From Bacteroidaceae bacterium (GTDB lineage: Bacteria; Verrucomicrobiota; Lentisphaeria; Oligosphaerales; Oligosphaeraceae): a stretch of DNA of 64,000 bases. The notes below the pieces were generated by a model. It was not told the DNA's origin and did not search any database. It saw only the letters and a program-made list of their open reading frames with translations. The stretch lies in contig CAVFEH010000009.1 of assembly GCA_963621575.1 (NCBI GenBank), forward strand, positions 1,307 to 65,306, given 5' to 3'. Position 1 is the stretch's first letter; each line of letters begins with the position of its first letter. Made by a program: the position numbers and the translations under genes. Positions 8,076-17,243 of the stretch are shown in pieces.

Positions 8076-9702
8076 CGTTCTGGGAAGAGTCGCTCCGGGG
8101 AGGTTCGGGTGCAGGTGCGTTCTTGGGCGTGAGGAAGAATTCCACGGAGTCCTGGAGGGCCTGCCAGGCGGCCTCGATGATGTTTTCGGAGAGCCCCACG
8201 GTGCTCCACTCTTTTTGGCCGTCGGTGGAGTCGATGAGGACCCGGGTGTGGGCGGCGGTGCCTGCGGAGCCGTCAATGATACGGACCTTGAAGTCCCGCA
8301 GCCGCATCAGGCTGACGTCGGGGAAGAAGGTGAGCAGGGCCTTCCGGAGGCACTTGTCCAATGCGTCCACGGGGCCTTCGCCTTCGGCGGCGGTGATCTC
8401 GGACTCCCGCCCGTTGACCCGGACCTTCAGGGTGGCCGCGGAGAGGCACTTTTCCTGGGGGCCGCGCTTTTCGATGATGACCCGGAAGCCGTCCAGCTCG
8501 AAGGGGGGCTGTTGTTCGGTGATGTGCCGCCGCAGCAGCAGCTGGAAGGAGGCGTCGGCGGCCTCGTAGGCGTATCCCTCCGCCTCCCGGTCTTTCAGCA
8601 GCCGCAGGACCTCCCGGCTGTTCTGGGGGGTGAGCTCCACGCCAACCTCATGCGCCTTCATCTGGACGCTCCGGGATCCGGAGAGCTCCGAGAGCAGCAC
8701 GCGACGGTGGTTGCCCACGGCCTCCGGGGGGATTTGCTCGAAGTTCCGGGGGGACTTGGCCACCGCCGCCACATGGAGCCCCGCCTTGTGGGCGAAGGCG
8801 CCGGCGCCCACGTAGGGCTGCTGGGGGAGCTCGCGGACCAGTGTGACTTCGTAGAAGAGCCGGGAGAGGGGTGTGAGGGCGGATACTTTCACCGCCTCGC
8901 TTAAATGGTAGCCCGGCATCTTGAAGGCCAGCGCCGGAATGATGGAGCACAGATTCGCGTTGCCGCAGCGCTCTCCGAAACCGTTGACCGCGCCCTGGAC
9001 CATGCCGCAGCCACTGCGCAGCGCCGAGAGGGAGGCCGCAACGGCGCAGTCGGCGTCGTTGTGGCAGTGGATGGCCATCTGGGCCTCGTCGGGAAGGGCC
9101 TTCCGCAGCTCCTGGACAGTGCGGGCCACGTCGTAGGGGAGGGTGCCGCCGTTGGTGTCGCAGAGCACCAGGCACTCCGCGCCCGCCTCCCAGGCGGCCA
9201 GCAGGACGTCCGTCGCGTAGGCGGAGTCCTCGGCGTAGCCGTCAAAGAAGTGCTCCGCATCCAGGAAGACGCGCTTGCCGGACTTCCGCAGGAATCCCAC
9301 GGATTCCCGGATGAGCGACAGGTTCTCCTTGGGCGAGATCCCCAGGACTTCCTTCGCCTGGCGCGCGGAGCCTTTGCCCACAATGGCAATCACCGGCGCA
9401 CAGCACGCGGCCAGCGCCGCCAGGGAGGCGTCCTCCGCAGGCGACATGCCCACACGGTGGGTGGATCCGAAGGCGACCAACACCGCGTGGGAGGGCGGCG
9501 CGGCGGCCAGTTCCTGGAAGAGGGCGGTGTCCTTGGGGTTGGAGCCGGGCCATCCGGCCTCGATGTAGTCCATGCCGAATTCATCCAGGGCACGGACGAG
9601 GCGCAGCTTGTCCTGGAGGGAGAAGTGGATGCCGGGGCCCTGCGCCCCGTCCCGGAGGGTGCAGTCGTAGAGGAGGACTTTCCTGGATTCGGTTTCGTTC
9701 AT
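8062..9702 (-). CDS. cimA: (R)-citramalate synthase (LeuA/CimA family)
   Basis: MNETESRKVLLYDCTLRDGAQGPGIHFSLQDKLRLVRALDEFGMDYIEAGWPGSNPKD, the HCHNDADCAVAASL motif and a C-terminal LeuA-type regulatory domain are all present. The 856-aa track ORF is a GC-driven 5' extension. Confidence 0.85.
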   Translation of the reverse strand: MNETESRKVLLYDCTLRDGAQGPGIHFSLQDKLRLVRALDEFGMDYIEAGWPGSNPKDTALFQELAAAPPSHAVLVAFGSTHRVGMSPAEDASLAALAACCAPVIAIVGKGSARQAKEVLGISPKENLSLIRESVGFLRKSGKRVFLDAEHFFDGYAEDSAYATDVLLAAWEAGAECLVLCDTNGGTLPYDVARTVQELRKALPDEAQMAIHCHNDADCAVAASLSALRSGCGMVQGAVNGFGERCGNANLCSIIPALAFKMPGYHLSEAVKVSALTPLSRLFYEVTLVRELPQQPYVGAGAFAHKAGLHVAAVAKSPRNFEQIPPEAVGNHRRVLLSELSGSRSVQMKAHEVGVELTPQNSREVLRLLKDREAEGYAYEAADASFQLLLRRHITEQQPPFELDGFRVIIEKRGPQEKCLSAATLKVRVNGRESEITAAEGEGPVDALDKCLRKALLTFFPDVSLMRLRDFKVRIIDGSAGTAAHTRVLIDSTDGQKEWSTVGLSENIIEAAWQALQDSVEFFLTPKNAPAPEPPRSDSSQNDGTR

Positions 9703-9821
9703 GGAAGGCGGGGGAACAAGAAAGGGGGGAGTGCGCCCGGCGGAGCCGGTGCGGGAAAAAGGCAGGGGGGCGGGGCGGCAGTCTCCGTCCTTTCGATGTT
9801 TTTTCTGGAACTGCCAGTTTG

Positions 9822-11333
9822 CTATCGTGCCGTGCCTGGGGTGGGTGGGGTGGCGTGTTGTTGGAGGGCCTCCAGGATTTTCCTGGCCAGGACGGGCCCC
9901 AGTCCGGGGACGGTCCGCGCCAGTTGCGCGGGGGACATCCGGAGGATTCGGCGGACGGAGCCGCACTTCTCCAGGAGTTCCTGGCGGCGCTTGGGGCCTA
10001 CGCCTGGCACCTGGTCCAGCACGGAGTCCTTGATGCGCGCCACGCGCAGCTTTCGGTTGTAGCCATTGGCCCAGCGGTGGGCCTCGTCGCGGATAGCCTG
10101 GAGCAGCCGCAGGCCGGGATTCTCCCGGGGGAGGGCCAGCGGGGCGGTTTCGTGGGGGATGACCACCAGTTCGTATTGCTTGGCCAGGCCGACAAGAGGC
10201 ACCTTCAGCCCCAGGCGCTCCCAGACGCGGACGCCGGTGGAGACCTGCGGCGCGCCGCCATCCAGGACCACCAGGTCGGGCAGGGGCTGCCCCTCGTCCA
10301 GGAGCTTGCGGTATCTGCGGGTGAGGACCTCCTCCATGAAAGCGGTGTCGTCCGCGGCTTCGGGGGTGCGGATGCGGTATCGGCGGTATTCGCTGGTGGA
10401 GGGATGTCCGTCCCGGAAGAGGACCATGGAGCCCACGGCCAGGGTGCCGGAGATGTTGGACATGTCGAAGCACTCCAGGTGCCGGGGCGGTCCGGACAGG
10501 TGCAGGGCCTCCCGGAGGGCCTCCATGCCGGCGCTGTTGACCTCCGGAGCCGTGCGCCGCGCGATGGTCTGGTTGAGGAAACGCCGGGCGGGCTCCAGGA
10601 CGGTGCGGACGTGCCCCATCATGTCGCGCCACTTGGCCGCCTCTTCGTATTCACACTTTTCGGAGGCCCCGCGCATGCGCGCGTCGAGCTCCTTCAGGAT
10701 TTCCCGCGCCGGCTCCTCGCCCCGCAGCACCGACAGCGCCTGCTCCAGGCGCGCCCGGTAGTCCCCGGGGGAGATGCTTCCCAGGCAAGGGCAGGTGCAC
10801 TGCCGCAGGACATCCTGGAGGCAGTGCCGGTGTTCTTCTTCGCCGGGTTCGGCGCAGTCGCAGGAGCGCAGGCCGAAGCGTTGTTCCAGGAAGCGGATGG
10901 TCTCCCGGAGGGCGTAGGCGTGCGGAAAGGGCCCGAAGTAGAGGCAGTCGCCGTCTTTCCGGAGTCGCTGGAAGGTGAAGTGCGGATAGGTTTCGGCGGG
11001 ATCCACGGCCACCAGGAGGTATCGCTTGTCGTCGCGCAGATCCACATTGTAGCGTGGGGAGTACTGCTTGATGAACTGTGCTTCCAGGAGGAGCGCCTCG
11101 GCCTCGGTGGCGACGGTGAAGGTTTCGTAGGAGGCGATGGAGTGGATGAGGGCGCGGCGCCGGGGCTCCTCCTTGAGATAGGTGGAGGGCATGAAATAGG
11201 AGCGCATCCGGTTGCGCAGGTTCCGGGCCTTGCCCACATAGATGACCTCCCCCGCCCGGTTCCGGAAGACATAGACTCCCGGTTCCCGGGGGACGTCCTG
11301 CGAACGGAAGATGGTGGGGGGATTCTCGTTCAC
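9822..11333 (-). CDS. uvrC: Excinuclease ABC subunit C
   Basis: It has a GIY-YIG motif (PGVYVFRNRAGEVIYVGKARNLRNRMRSYF), a UVR motif (EYEEAAKWRDMM) and a C-terminal (HhH)2 domain (VPGVGPKRRQELLEKCGS...VPGLGPVLARKILEAL). I propose the GTG start at 11333, which gives a GTGA overlap with the stop of the upstream ABC gene. The 596-aa track ORF extension is Arg/Pro-rich and overlaps that gene. Confidence 0.85.
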   Translation of the reverse strand: MNENPPTIFRSQDVPREPGVYVFRNRAGEVIYVGKARNLRNRMRSYFMPSTYLKEEPRRRALIHSIASYETFTVATEAEALLLEAQFIKQYSPRYNVDLRDDKRYLLVAVDPAETYPHFTFQRLRKDGDCLYFGPFPHAYALRETIRFLEQRFGLRSCDCAEPGEEEHRHCLQDVLRQCTCPCLGSISPGDYRARLEQALSVLRGEEPAREILKELDARMRGASEKCEYEEAAKWRDMMGHVRTVLEPARRFLNQTIARRTAPEVNSAGMEALREALHLSGPPRHLECFDMSNISGTLAVGSMVLFRDGHPSTSEYRRYRIRTPEAADDTAFMEEVLTRRYRKLLDEGQPLPDLVVLDGGAPQVSTGVRVWERLGLKVPLVGLAKQYELVVIPHETAPLALPRENPGLRLLQAIRDEAHRWANGYNRKLRVARIKDSVLDQVPGVGPKRRQELLEKCGSVRRILRMSPAQLARTVPGLGPVLARKILEALQQHATPPTPGTAR

Positions 11334-12403
11334 GGCCTCATGCAGACCACGTCCTCCGGGGCGATGGCGAGGGATACCCCGCCACCCTCCCCGAAGGCGC
11401 CGGGGGGATTGAGCTGGTCGACACAGAGGATTCCGCCGGCGGAGTCCTCGACTTCGCACTGGGCCATCTCCCCCAGATACTCCCGGGAACGCAAGACCCC
11501 CGGAAGCACATTGGCGCCGGGGGGGGCGGCCTCGCCGGCGGAGAGGACGCGGAGGGTCTCGGGGCGCAGGGAGAGGGCCACGGGATCGCCCGGTGAGAAC
11601 TCTCCGGGGCACGCGCGGGAGCGCAGGATCCCCAGGGGTGTCTCCAGGAGGGCGTCGGCGCCCTCGCGGCGCAGGAGCGTGGCGTCCCGCAGGTTTGTCT
11701 CGCCGATGAATCCGGCCACGAAGGGCGTGCGGGGACGTCGGTAGATTTCCCAGGGGGTGCCTGTCTGCTCGATCTTTCCGCCGCGCATGACGGCGATGCG
11801 GTCGGCCATGGAGAGGGCTTCGGAGCGGTCGTGGGTCACATAGACGCCGGTGAGACGGTTCTCTTTGCAGACCCTCCGGATTTCCCGGCGGGTCTCGCGG
11901 CGCAGTTTGGCGTCCAGATTGGCCAGGGGTTCGTCCAGGAGGAGTCCCCCTGGATGGACCACAAGGGTTCGCGCCAGCGCCACGCGCTGCTGCTGTCCGC
12001 CGGAGATCTGGTTGGGCTTCCGGTCGGCCAGCTCCCGGATCTGGAGTTCGTCCATGACCTGGTTCACGCGTCGTTCCCGCTCGTCCCGCGGGATTTTCCG
12101 CATTTCCAGGCCGAAGGAGACATTTTCGCGGACGGTCAGGTGGGGCCAGAGGGCGTATCCCTGGAAGACCATGGCGGTGTCCCGCTGGTCGGGGGGCGTG
12201 GCGCCTGCGGGCTTGCCGCCTAGGAGGATTTCGCCGGAGGTGGGCGTCTCGAAGCCGCCGATGATGCGCAAGAGGGTGGTCTTCCCGCAGCCGGAGGGGC
12301 CCAGCAGGAAGAAGAGCTCCCCGTCCTGGATGGTGAGGGAGACGCCGTCCAGGGCGGTGGAGTCGCCGTAGCGCTTGACCAGGTTTTCGGCGCGGATTTC
12401 CAC
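11330..12403 (-). CDS. ABC transporter ATP-binding protein (PotA/FbpC/MalK-like with a C-terminal TOBE-type domain); no permease gene is adjacent
   Basis: Walker A is GPSGCGKTT, the ABC signature is ISGGQQQRVALAR and Walker B is LLLDEP. 357 aa. Confidence 0.88.
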   Translation of the reverse strand: MEIRAENLVKRYGDSTALDGVSLTIQDGELFFLLGPSGCGKTTLLRIIGGFETPTSGEILLGGKPAGATPPDQRDTAMVFQGYALWPHLTVRENVSFGLEMRKIPRDERERRVNQVMDELQIRELADRKPNQISGGQQQRVALARTLVVHPGGLLLDEPLANLDAKLRRETRREIRRVCKENRLTGVYVTHDRSEALSMADRIAVMRGGKIEQTGTPWEIYRRPRTPFVAGFIGETNLRDATLLRREGADALLETPLGILRSRACPGEFSPGDPVALSLRPETLRVLSAGEAAPPGANVLPGVLRSREYLGEMAQCEVEDSAGGILCVDQLNPPGAFGEGGGVSLAIAPEDVVCMRP

Positions 12404-12413
12404 GGTGCGTCGG

Positions 12414-14828
12414 TCAGAAGACCTTCCCGGTGTCCTTGTCGGCGATGTGGAAGGCCTCGATGTGGAGTTCGGGGGAGGCGTTGAAGGTGAGCTGGCGGTT
12501 GTATTCGGCGGCCATGGCGTTCATCACCTTGTGGTCCACGGTGCGCAGGCGCTCCAGGATCTTGGGATGGACGGTGATGACGAAGTGCTGGACGTCCTTC
12601 TTGCGGGCCAGCAGCTCGTTGAGCCGACGCTGGATTTCCACGGAGACGCTGGTGGCGGTCTTGATGAGTCCGCGTCCGCGGCAGTATGGGCAGTCCTCGT
12701 AGATGGTGCTTTCCAGGGATTCGCTCTCGCGCTGGCGGCTCATCTCCAGCAGGCCCAATCCGCTGATTGGGTAGATTTTGATGCGTGCGTGGTCCTCGGC
12801 GGTGTATTGCTTGAAAGCGCGGTAGACCGCCATCTGGTCCTTGCGGGATCGCATGTCGATGAGGTCCAGCACCACCAGGCCGCCGATGTTTCGCAGTCGA
12901 AGCTGCCGGGCGATTTCCTTGACGGCCTCCATGTTGGTGGCCAGGATGGTTTCCGGCTGGTCCTTGCCGGAGCGGTTTTTCCCGGTGTTGACGTCGATGG
13001 CGATGAGGGCCTCGGTCTCGTCAATGCAGAGGTATCCGCCGCTTGGCAGGGGCACCTTCCGGTTGGAGATGCCCTCGATCTGCTGGCTGATGCCGTATTT
13101 GATGAAGATGGGGGTGGGGTTGGAGTAGAGCTTTACCTGGATGGAGTCCTGCCGGTCGAAGCGCTTCAACATCTCCTGGGCCAGTTCATAGGCCTCGCGG
13201 GTGTCGCAGACGATTTCATCGATGTCCTGGGTCAGGTTGTCGCGGAGGGTGCGCTCCACCAGGGCGGGCTCCTGGTAGACGCAGACGGGCGCGCGGTGCT
13301 TGGCGGCGGTGTCCTCTGCCTTGTGCCAGGCGTCCATGAGCATTTGGAGGTCGCGCTGGAAGTGCTCTTTCTTCAGGCCAACGCCTTCGGTGCGGCAGAT
13401 GACGCCGGTGTTGGGAGGCAGGATGGTTCGGACCATTTGCTTGAGGCGGCTGCGCTCTTCCCGGTCTTCCACGCGGCGGGAGATGCCCACGTGGGGGCAG
13501 TTCGGCAGCAGCACCAGATAGCGGCCCGGGATGGAGAGGTTGGTGGTGACGCGGGCGCCCTTGGTGCCGATGGGTCCCTTGGTGACCTGCACCAGGATCT
13601 CCTGGTCCACGTGGAACAGGTTCGGGATGTCGTCAACGGTGTAGCCCTTCTTCTCCTGCTTCTTGGGATGCTGCTCTTTCTCCTTCTCTGGCTTCGGGAG
13701 TTTCTCCACTTTGCCCTGGGGTTGGCCCTGGCCCTGCTGCTGCCCCTTCACCGCCGGGGTTTTGCCGTTGGGAGTTAACGGGAGCAGTTCGTTCTTGTCG
13801 GAGTTGGCCGTGAGACGCCCCTGGGCGCCGCCCTTGCCGGCGGCGGCACGGCCGCCCTGGCCCTGCTGCTGGCCTTGCTGGGGCTTGCCGTTCTCCAGGC
13901 GGCTCCGCTTCAGCCCAGGGAAGAGGGTCTCCAAAATCCGGCGGAAGACGCCGGGCTTCCGGGGGCCTCTTGCCTCCCCATTTGCCGCTTGCTGGCCGGC
14001 ATTGCCGCCACGGCCGCGGCGGCGGCGCCGCCGCCGATGCTCGCTGTTCTCCTCGCCGTTGTTGCGCTCGCCGCGGGGCGGCTGGTTTCCATTGCGCTGG
14101 CCGTTGCCGCCATTGTTGTTCTGGCCCTGCGGACGTCGGGGATTCTGGTCGCGGCCGCGGCCGGACTGCTCTTCGGGGAGAGGACGGGGATTCTCGTCCA
14201 CATCAATGTGCTCCACCACGGAGGTGTTCCCGGCCGCGGGGGCATCGGGGGCGGCCTTCGGCTCTTCCGCCGCAGGTGCCGGCTCCCCGGACTTGGGTTC
14301 TTCGCCGTGTTCGGCCTTGGGCTTGGAAAGGGGGATGAGGCCCTTGGGCTGGCTCTTCTCCAAAGGCACCAGGCCCTTGGCGAGGCTTCCGCGTTCCTTC
14401 TTTCCCTGCCGGGGCGCTGGAAGGACGGTGGCTGGCTCCCCGTCGGCCTTTGCCTCGGAGGGAGGAGCCTCCGCATCCTCGGGCTCGGCCTGGTCCTCGC
14501 CTTCTTCGCCGGCGCATTCGGCGCAGAGGTGCCCGGGCTCGTGGGAATTCTTGGCGGGGGGCTCGTCGTCGTCCTCGCCGTCGCCCTCCAGTTTTTCCAG
14601 GGTGGCGGGGAGCATGTCCCAGTAGTGCAGGAAGGCGTTTTTGCCTACGCCGATGTCGACGAAGGCGGCCTGGAGGGAGGGTTCCAGGTTCTTGATCTTG
14701 CCCTTGTAGATGGAGCCGACGATGCGGTCCTTGTTGGTGCGTTCCATGAAGAAGTCCTGGAGGGTGCCGTCTTCCACGACGGCGACGCGCACCTGGAGCT
14801 CTTCGGAGTTGATGAGGATTTGTTTCAT
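12414..14828 (-). CDS. Rne/Rng-family ribonuclease with a ~320-aa low-complexity insert inside the S1 domain
   Basis: The N-terminus is MKQILINSEELQVRVAVVEDGTLQDFF...IYKGKIKNLEPSLQAAFVDIGVGKNAFLH (first half of S1). After the insert comes ILVQVTKGPIGTKGARVTTNLSIPGRYLVLLP, followed by the catalytic core (IAIDVNTGK, GLVVLDLIDM, CPYCRGRG zinc link). The start is the ATG at 14828. Confidence 0.88.
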   Translation of the reverse strand: MKQILINSEELQVRVAVVEDGTLQDFFMERTNKDRIVGSIYKGKIKNLEPSLQAAFVDIGVGKNAFLHYWDMLPATLEKLEGDGEDDDEPPAKNSHEPGHLCAECAGEEGEDQAEPEDAEAPPSEAKADGEPATVLPAPRQGKKERGSLAKGLVPLEKSQPKGLIPLSKPKAEHGEEPKSGEPAPAAEEPKAAPDAPAAGNTSVVEHIDVDENPRPLPEEQSGRGRDQNPRRPQGQNNNGGNGQRNGNQPPRGERNNGEENSEHRRRRRRRGRGGNAGQQAANGEARGPRKPGVFRRILETLFPGLKRSRLENGKPQQGQQQGQGGRAAAGKGGAQGRLTANSDKNELLPLTPNGKTPAVKGQQQGQGQPQGKVEKLPKPEKEKEQHPKKQEKKGYTVDDIPNLFHVDQEILVQVTKGPIGTKGARVTTNLSIPGRYLVLLPNCPHVGISRRVEDREERSRLKQMVRTILPPNTGVICRTEGVGLKKEHFQRDLQMLMDAWHKAEDTAAKHRAPVCVYQEPALVERTLRDNLTQDIDEIVCDTREAYELAQEMLKRFDRQDSIQVKLYSNPTPIFIKYGISQQIEGISNRKVPLPSGGYLCIDETEALIAIDVNTGKNRSGKDQPETILATNMEAVKEIARQLRLRNIGGLVVLDLIDMRSRKDQMAVYRAFKQYTAEDHARIKIYPISGLGLLEMSRQRESESLESTIYEDCPYCRGRGLIKTATSVSVEIQRRLNELLARKKDVQHFVITVHPKILERLRTVDHKVMNAMAAEYNRQLTFNASPELHIEAFHIADKDTGKVF

Positions 14829-15220
14829 GAGGGGGTCCGGTGGGAAGAGTGTGGGGGGCGGGGCATCCCGGCGGGGAAGGCGGGCGCCTCCTTCGCGGAT
14901 GCCGCTTGTGCACCGAAGGGCCTTGCGTCCCGTGCGCGCGCGGTGATTGGGCATCCGGTGCGCAGGGCGGGGACGGGGGGCGTCGGCGGCGGTCGGGGGA
15001 GTGCGCTCCCACGGGCAGAAATAGTTCTTCCTCGCCCGCGCGACGCGCAACGGGGTGCATCGCGGACCGGGGAGGGATCACGTTCTTCTGGCGGCGCGGG
15101 GTGGCTGCCGGGGTGCGGAGGGATGCTCCGCGCGGGGGATATGATTGCGGCTGCCGGGGCGGCGGGGCGCGACCGGCCTCCCCTCAAAAGAGGAGCCGGA
15201 GGTCACCGTCCGCACTTCGG

Positions 15221-16198
15221 CTATTCCAGGATGCTGCCCGGCATCACGGGATTGCCGCGAAGGAAGTCCGCCGCATTCATCTCCTTCTTCCCGTCGGGGA
15301 TGAGGCGATGGATGTGCAGGATGCCGCTGCCGCAGGCGACGGAGAGGACGCTTCCATGTTCGGGAAGCACCGTCCCCGCCTGGCAGTCGCTGGAATCGGC
15401 GGAATAGGTGGCCTGGGTGATTTGGATGCGGCGCAGCTTTCCCTGCACGGGGACACAGGTGTAGGCGCGGGGCCAGGGCTGGTAGGCGCGGACCATGTTG
15501 AAGATCCGCTGGGCCGGACAGGTCCAGGGAATGGCGCCGTCCTCCTTGGAGATCTTGCGCACGTTGGGGGCGTCGGTGACACCCTGGGGGACGGGCAGAA
15601 GTCCCTCGCGCGCCACGCGATGCAGAATCTCGCAGATGTGCTCCGCAGCTAACAGACCCAGGCGTGCCTCCAACTGCCCCGTGGTCTCCGTCCCCTGGAT
15701 GGGGAGCGGCACCGAGGCATAGACGGGCCCCGTGTCCAGGCCGCGCTCCATCCGCATGTAGCTGACGCCCGTCACCGTGTCGCCGTTCAGAATGGCGGCG
15801 TTGATGGGACAGGCCCCGCGGTAGAGGGGGAGCAGGGAGGCGTGGACATTGAGGCATCCGAAGGGAGGCAGGGAAAGCAGCTCTTGTTTCAAAAGCTGCC
15901 CGAAGGCCACCACAAGCAGTATCTCGATTCCCAGGGAGGAGAGGCGCTCCAGAAATTCTGGCGCGTTGACGGATTTCACGCGATCCACCGGGTAGCCAAG
16001 CTCCAGCGCATGCCGCGCGAAGGGGGTGGGCGTCATGATGCCCTTCCGGCCCACGGGACGGTCCGGCTGGGAACCGATTCCCGCCAGCTCAACACGGCCA
16101 TCCCCCTTCAGGGCGTCCAAAATGGGCGCGCCCAGGTTTCCGGAGCCTAAAAAGTAGATCCGGACAGGAGAGGAGGGGTTGGTGCCGCTGCTTGGCAT
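15221..16198 (-). CDS. fmt: Methionyl-tRNA formyltransferase
   Basis: VRIYFLGSGNLGAPILDAL...QPDRPVGRKGIMTPTPF...LNVHASLLPLYRGACPINAAILNGD matches Fmt; HxSLLPxxRG is the formyltransferase signature. The start is trimmed to the ATG at 16198. Confidence 0.9.
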   Translation of the reverse strand: MPSSGTNPSSPVRIYFLGSGNLGAPILDALKGDGRVELAGIGSQPDRPVGRKGIMTPTPFARHALELGYPVDRVKSVNAPEFLERLSSLGIEILLVVAFGQLLKQELLSLPPFGCLNVHASLLPLYRGACPINAAILNGDTVTGVSYMRMERGLDTGPVYASVPLPIQGTETTGQLEARLGLLAAEHICEILHRVAREGLLPVPQGVTDAPNVRKISKEDGAIPWTCPAQRIFNMVRAYQPWPRAYTCVPVQGKLRRIQITQATYSADSSDCQAGTVLPEHGSVLSVACGSGILHIHRLIPDGKKEMNAADFLRGNPVMPGSILE

Positions 16199-16287
16199 GG
16201 CGGAACGGAAGGGAAACGACGTCGCAAAGGGGTGGATGAGGCGGAAAAAGCACTCCCCCGGGAACGGGAGACGCAAAGACATAATAT

Positions 16288-16319
16288 AATCCGCAGGTCA
16301 GGGCACTGTCCTGCGGATT
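16288..16319 (-). terminator. Putative intrinsic terminator downstream of the 16498-17190 gene
   Basis: A 10-bp stem pairs AATCCGCAGG with CCTGCGGATT around a 12-nt loop. On the - strand it is followed by the A/U-rich AUAUUAUGUCUUUG. Confidence 0.45.
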
Positions 16320-16497
16320 GTGTGGGAATGAGGATGGGGGTGGGAGTTTGGGCCGCTTAGCAGGGACTCCCGGCGCCGTGGCACGCCGCAATTGCGAACC
16401 AAGGAAGTTATGGCGTTTATAACCTGTTCCGCATAAATGGACTGTAAAAGAATTTCGGGGGATTCCCCATTCCCTCCGCCAATGTGGCCGTTCGGCG

Positions 16498-17190
16498 TCA
16501 TCGGTTTGTTTTTTCGGCGAAGTCGAATGCGACGGCGGTTTTCCAGTCGTCTCCGGAGAGTTGCATTTCCTTGACGAACCAGAGGCCGTTTTCGAAGCGT
16601 TTGGCGCCCTTCATGACGAGGCTCCGCCAGGGCGCGGATTCGCCCTTGCGGTACCATTTTGCCTCCATGGGGAACCCCTGTTTGGCTTCGAACCAGACGT
16701 CCACCAATTCGGAGCCATCGGGGGAGGCCAGCCGGAGGACCCGACAGTCTTGCCACCGGCTGGAGGAGCGCGGGAGTTCCTCCACGAAGTTCCAGAAGAG
16801 GAACGCGAAGGAGAGATCGGAGGGCCTCACGCCGAAATCGAAGAGTCCGGGTCGTTGTTCGGTTTCGGGGAGGTCCAGTCTCTGGACGCTCTTTCCAGCA
16901 GTCTCCAGCATCATCTCCAGGCCGTAGAAGTTCTCCTCGTTGAGGGTGAGCTGGGCGTACATCGCCTTCTTGGTGAAGGTGACGCGGAGCCCAAGGGTGC
17001 CTTTCAGGGTCTTCTGGCCCTTCTTTTTGTAGGTGAGACGCCCCGTCGCCTCTCCCCATGCCTCCTGGGCCAAGGGCTGCCGGATGGACTCCAGGAATTC
17101 CCGGGGGGGCAGTTCCTGCGCCGGAAGGGCGCTGGTTCCGGGGAGGGCCAGGCAGCAGAGGACCAGGAGGGAGAGGAGGACGTTCTTCAT
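16498..17190 (-). CDS. Secreted protein, possibly a LolA-like / outer-membrane lipoprotein-sorting fold
   Basis: There is a clear signal peptide, MKNVLLSLLVLCCLALPGTSALPAQ. The rest is beta-rich, with the size and pattern seen in LolA-like proteins. Family membership is not verified. Confidence 0.5.
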   Translation of the reverse strand: MKNVLLSLLVLCCLALPGTSALPAQELPPREFLESIRQPLAQEAWGEATGRLTYKKKGQKTLKGTLGLRVTFTKKAMYAQLTLNEENFYGLEMMLETAGKSVQRLDLPETEQRPGLFDFGVRPSDLSFAFLFWNFVEELPRSSSRWQDCRVLRLASPDGSELVDVWFEAKQGFPMEAKWYRKGESAPWRSLVMKGAKRFENGLWFVKEMQLSGDDWKTAVAFDFAEKTNR

Positions 17191-17243
17191 GGGAGGGAGG
17201 GGCTATGGGCCTGGGGCGGGAGGCCTGTTGTGCGGAGTGGCCG

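Noticed and set aside
8062-10632. Long 5' extensions of real genes in the ORF track: cimA 856 aa, fhs 728 aa, gyrB 1077 aa, ahcY 577 aa, mtaD 645 aa, mtaB 548 aa, uvrC 596 aa, hisJ-like 338 aa, Rne/Rng 878 aa, and the activase 743 aa.
   Set aside because: The extensions are Arg/Pro/Gly-rich. They overlap upstream genes or terminators and precede internal starts that align with the canonical N-termini of the families. I trimmed them to those starts.
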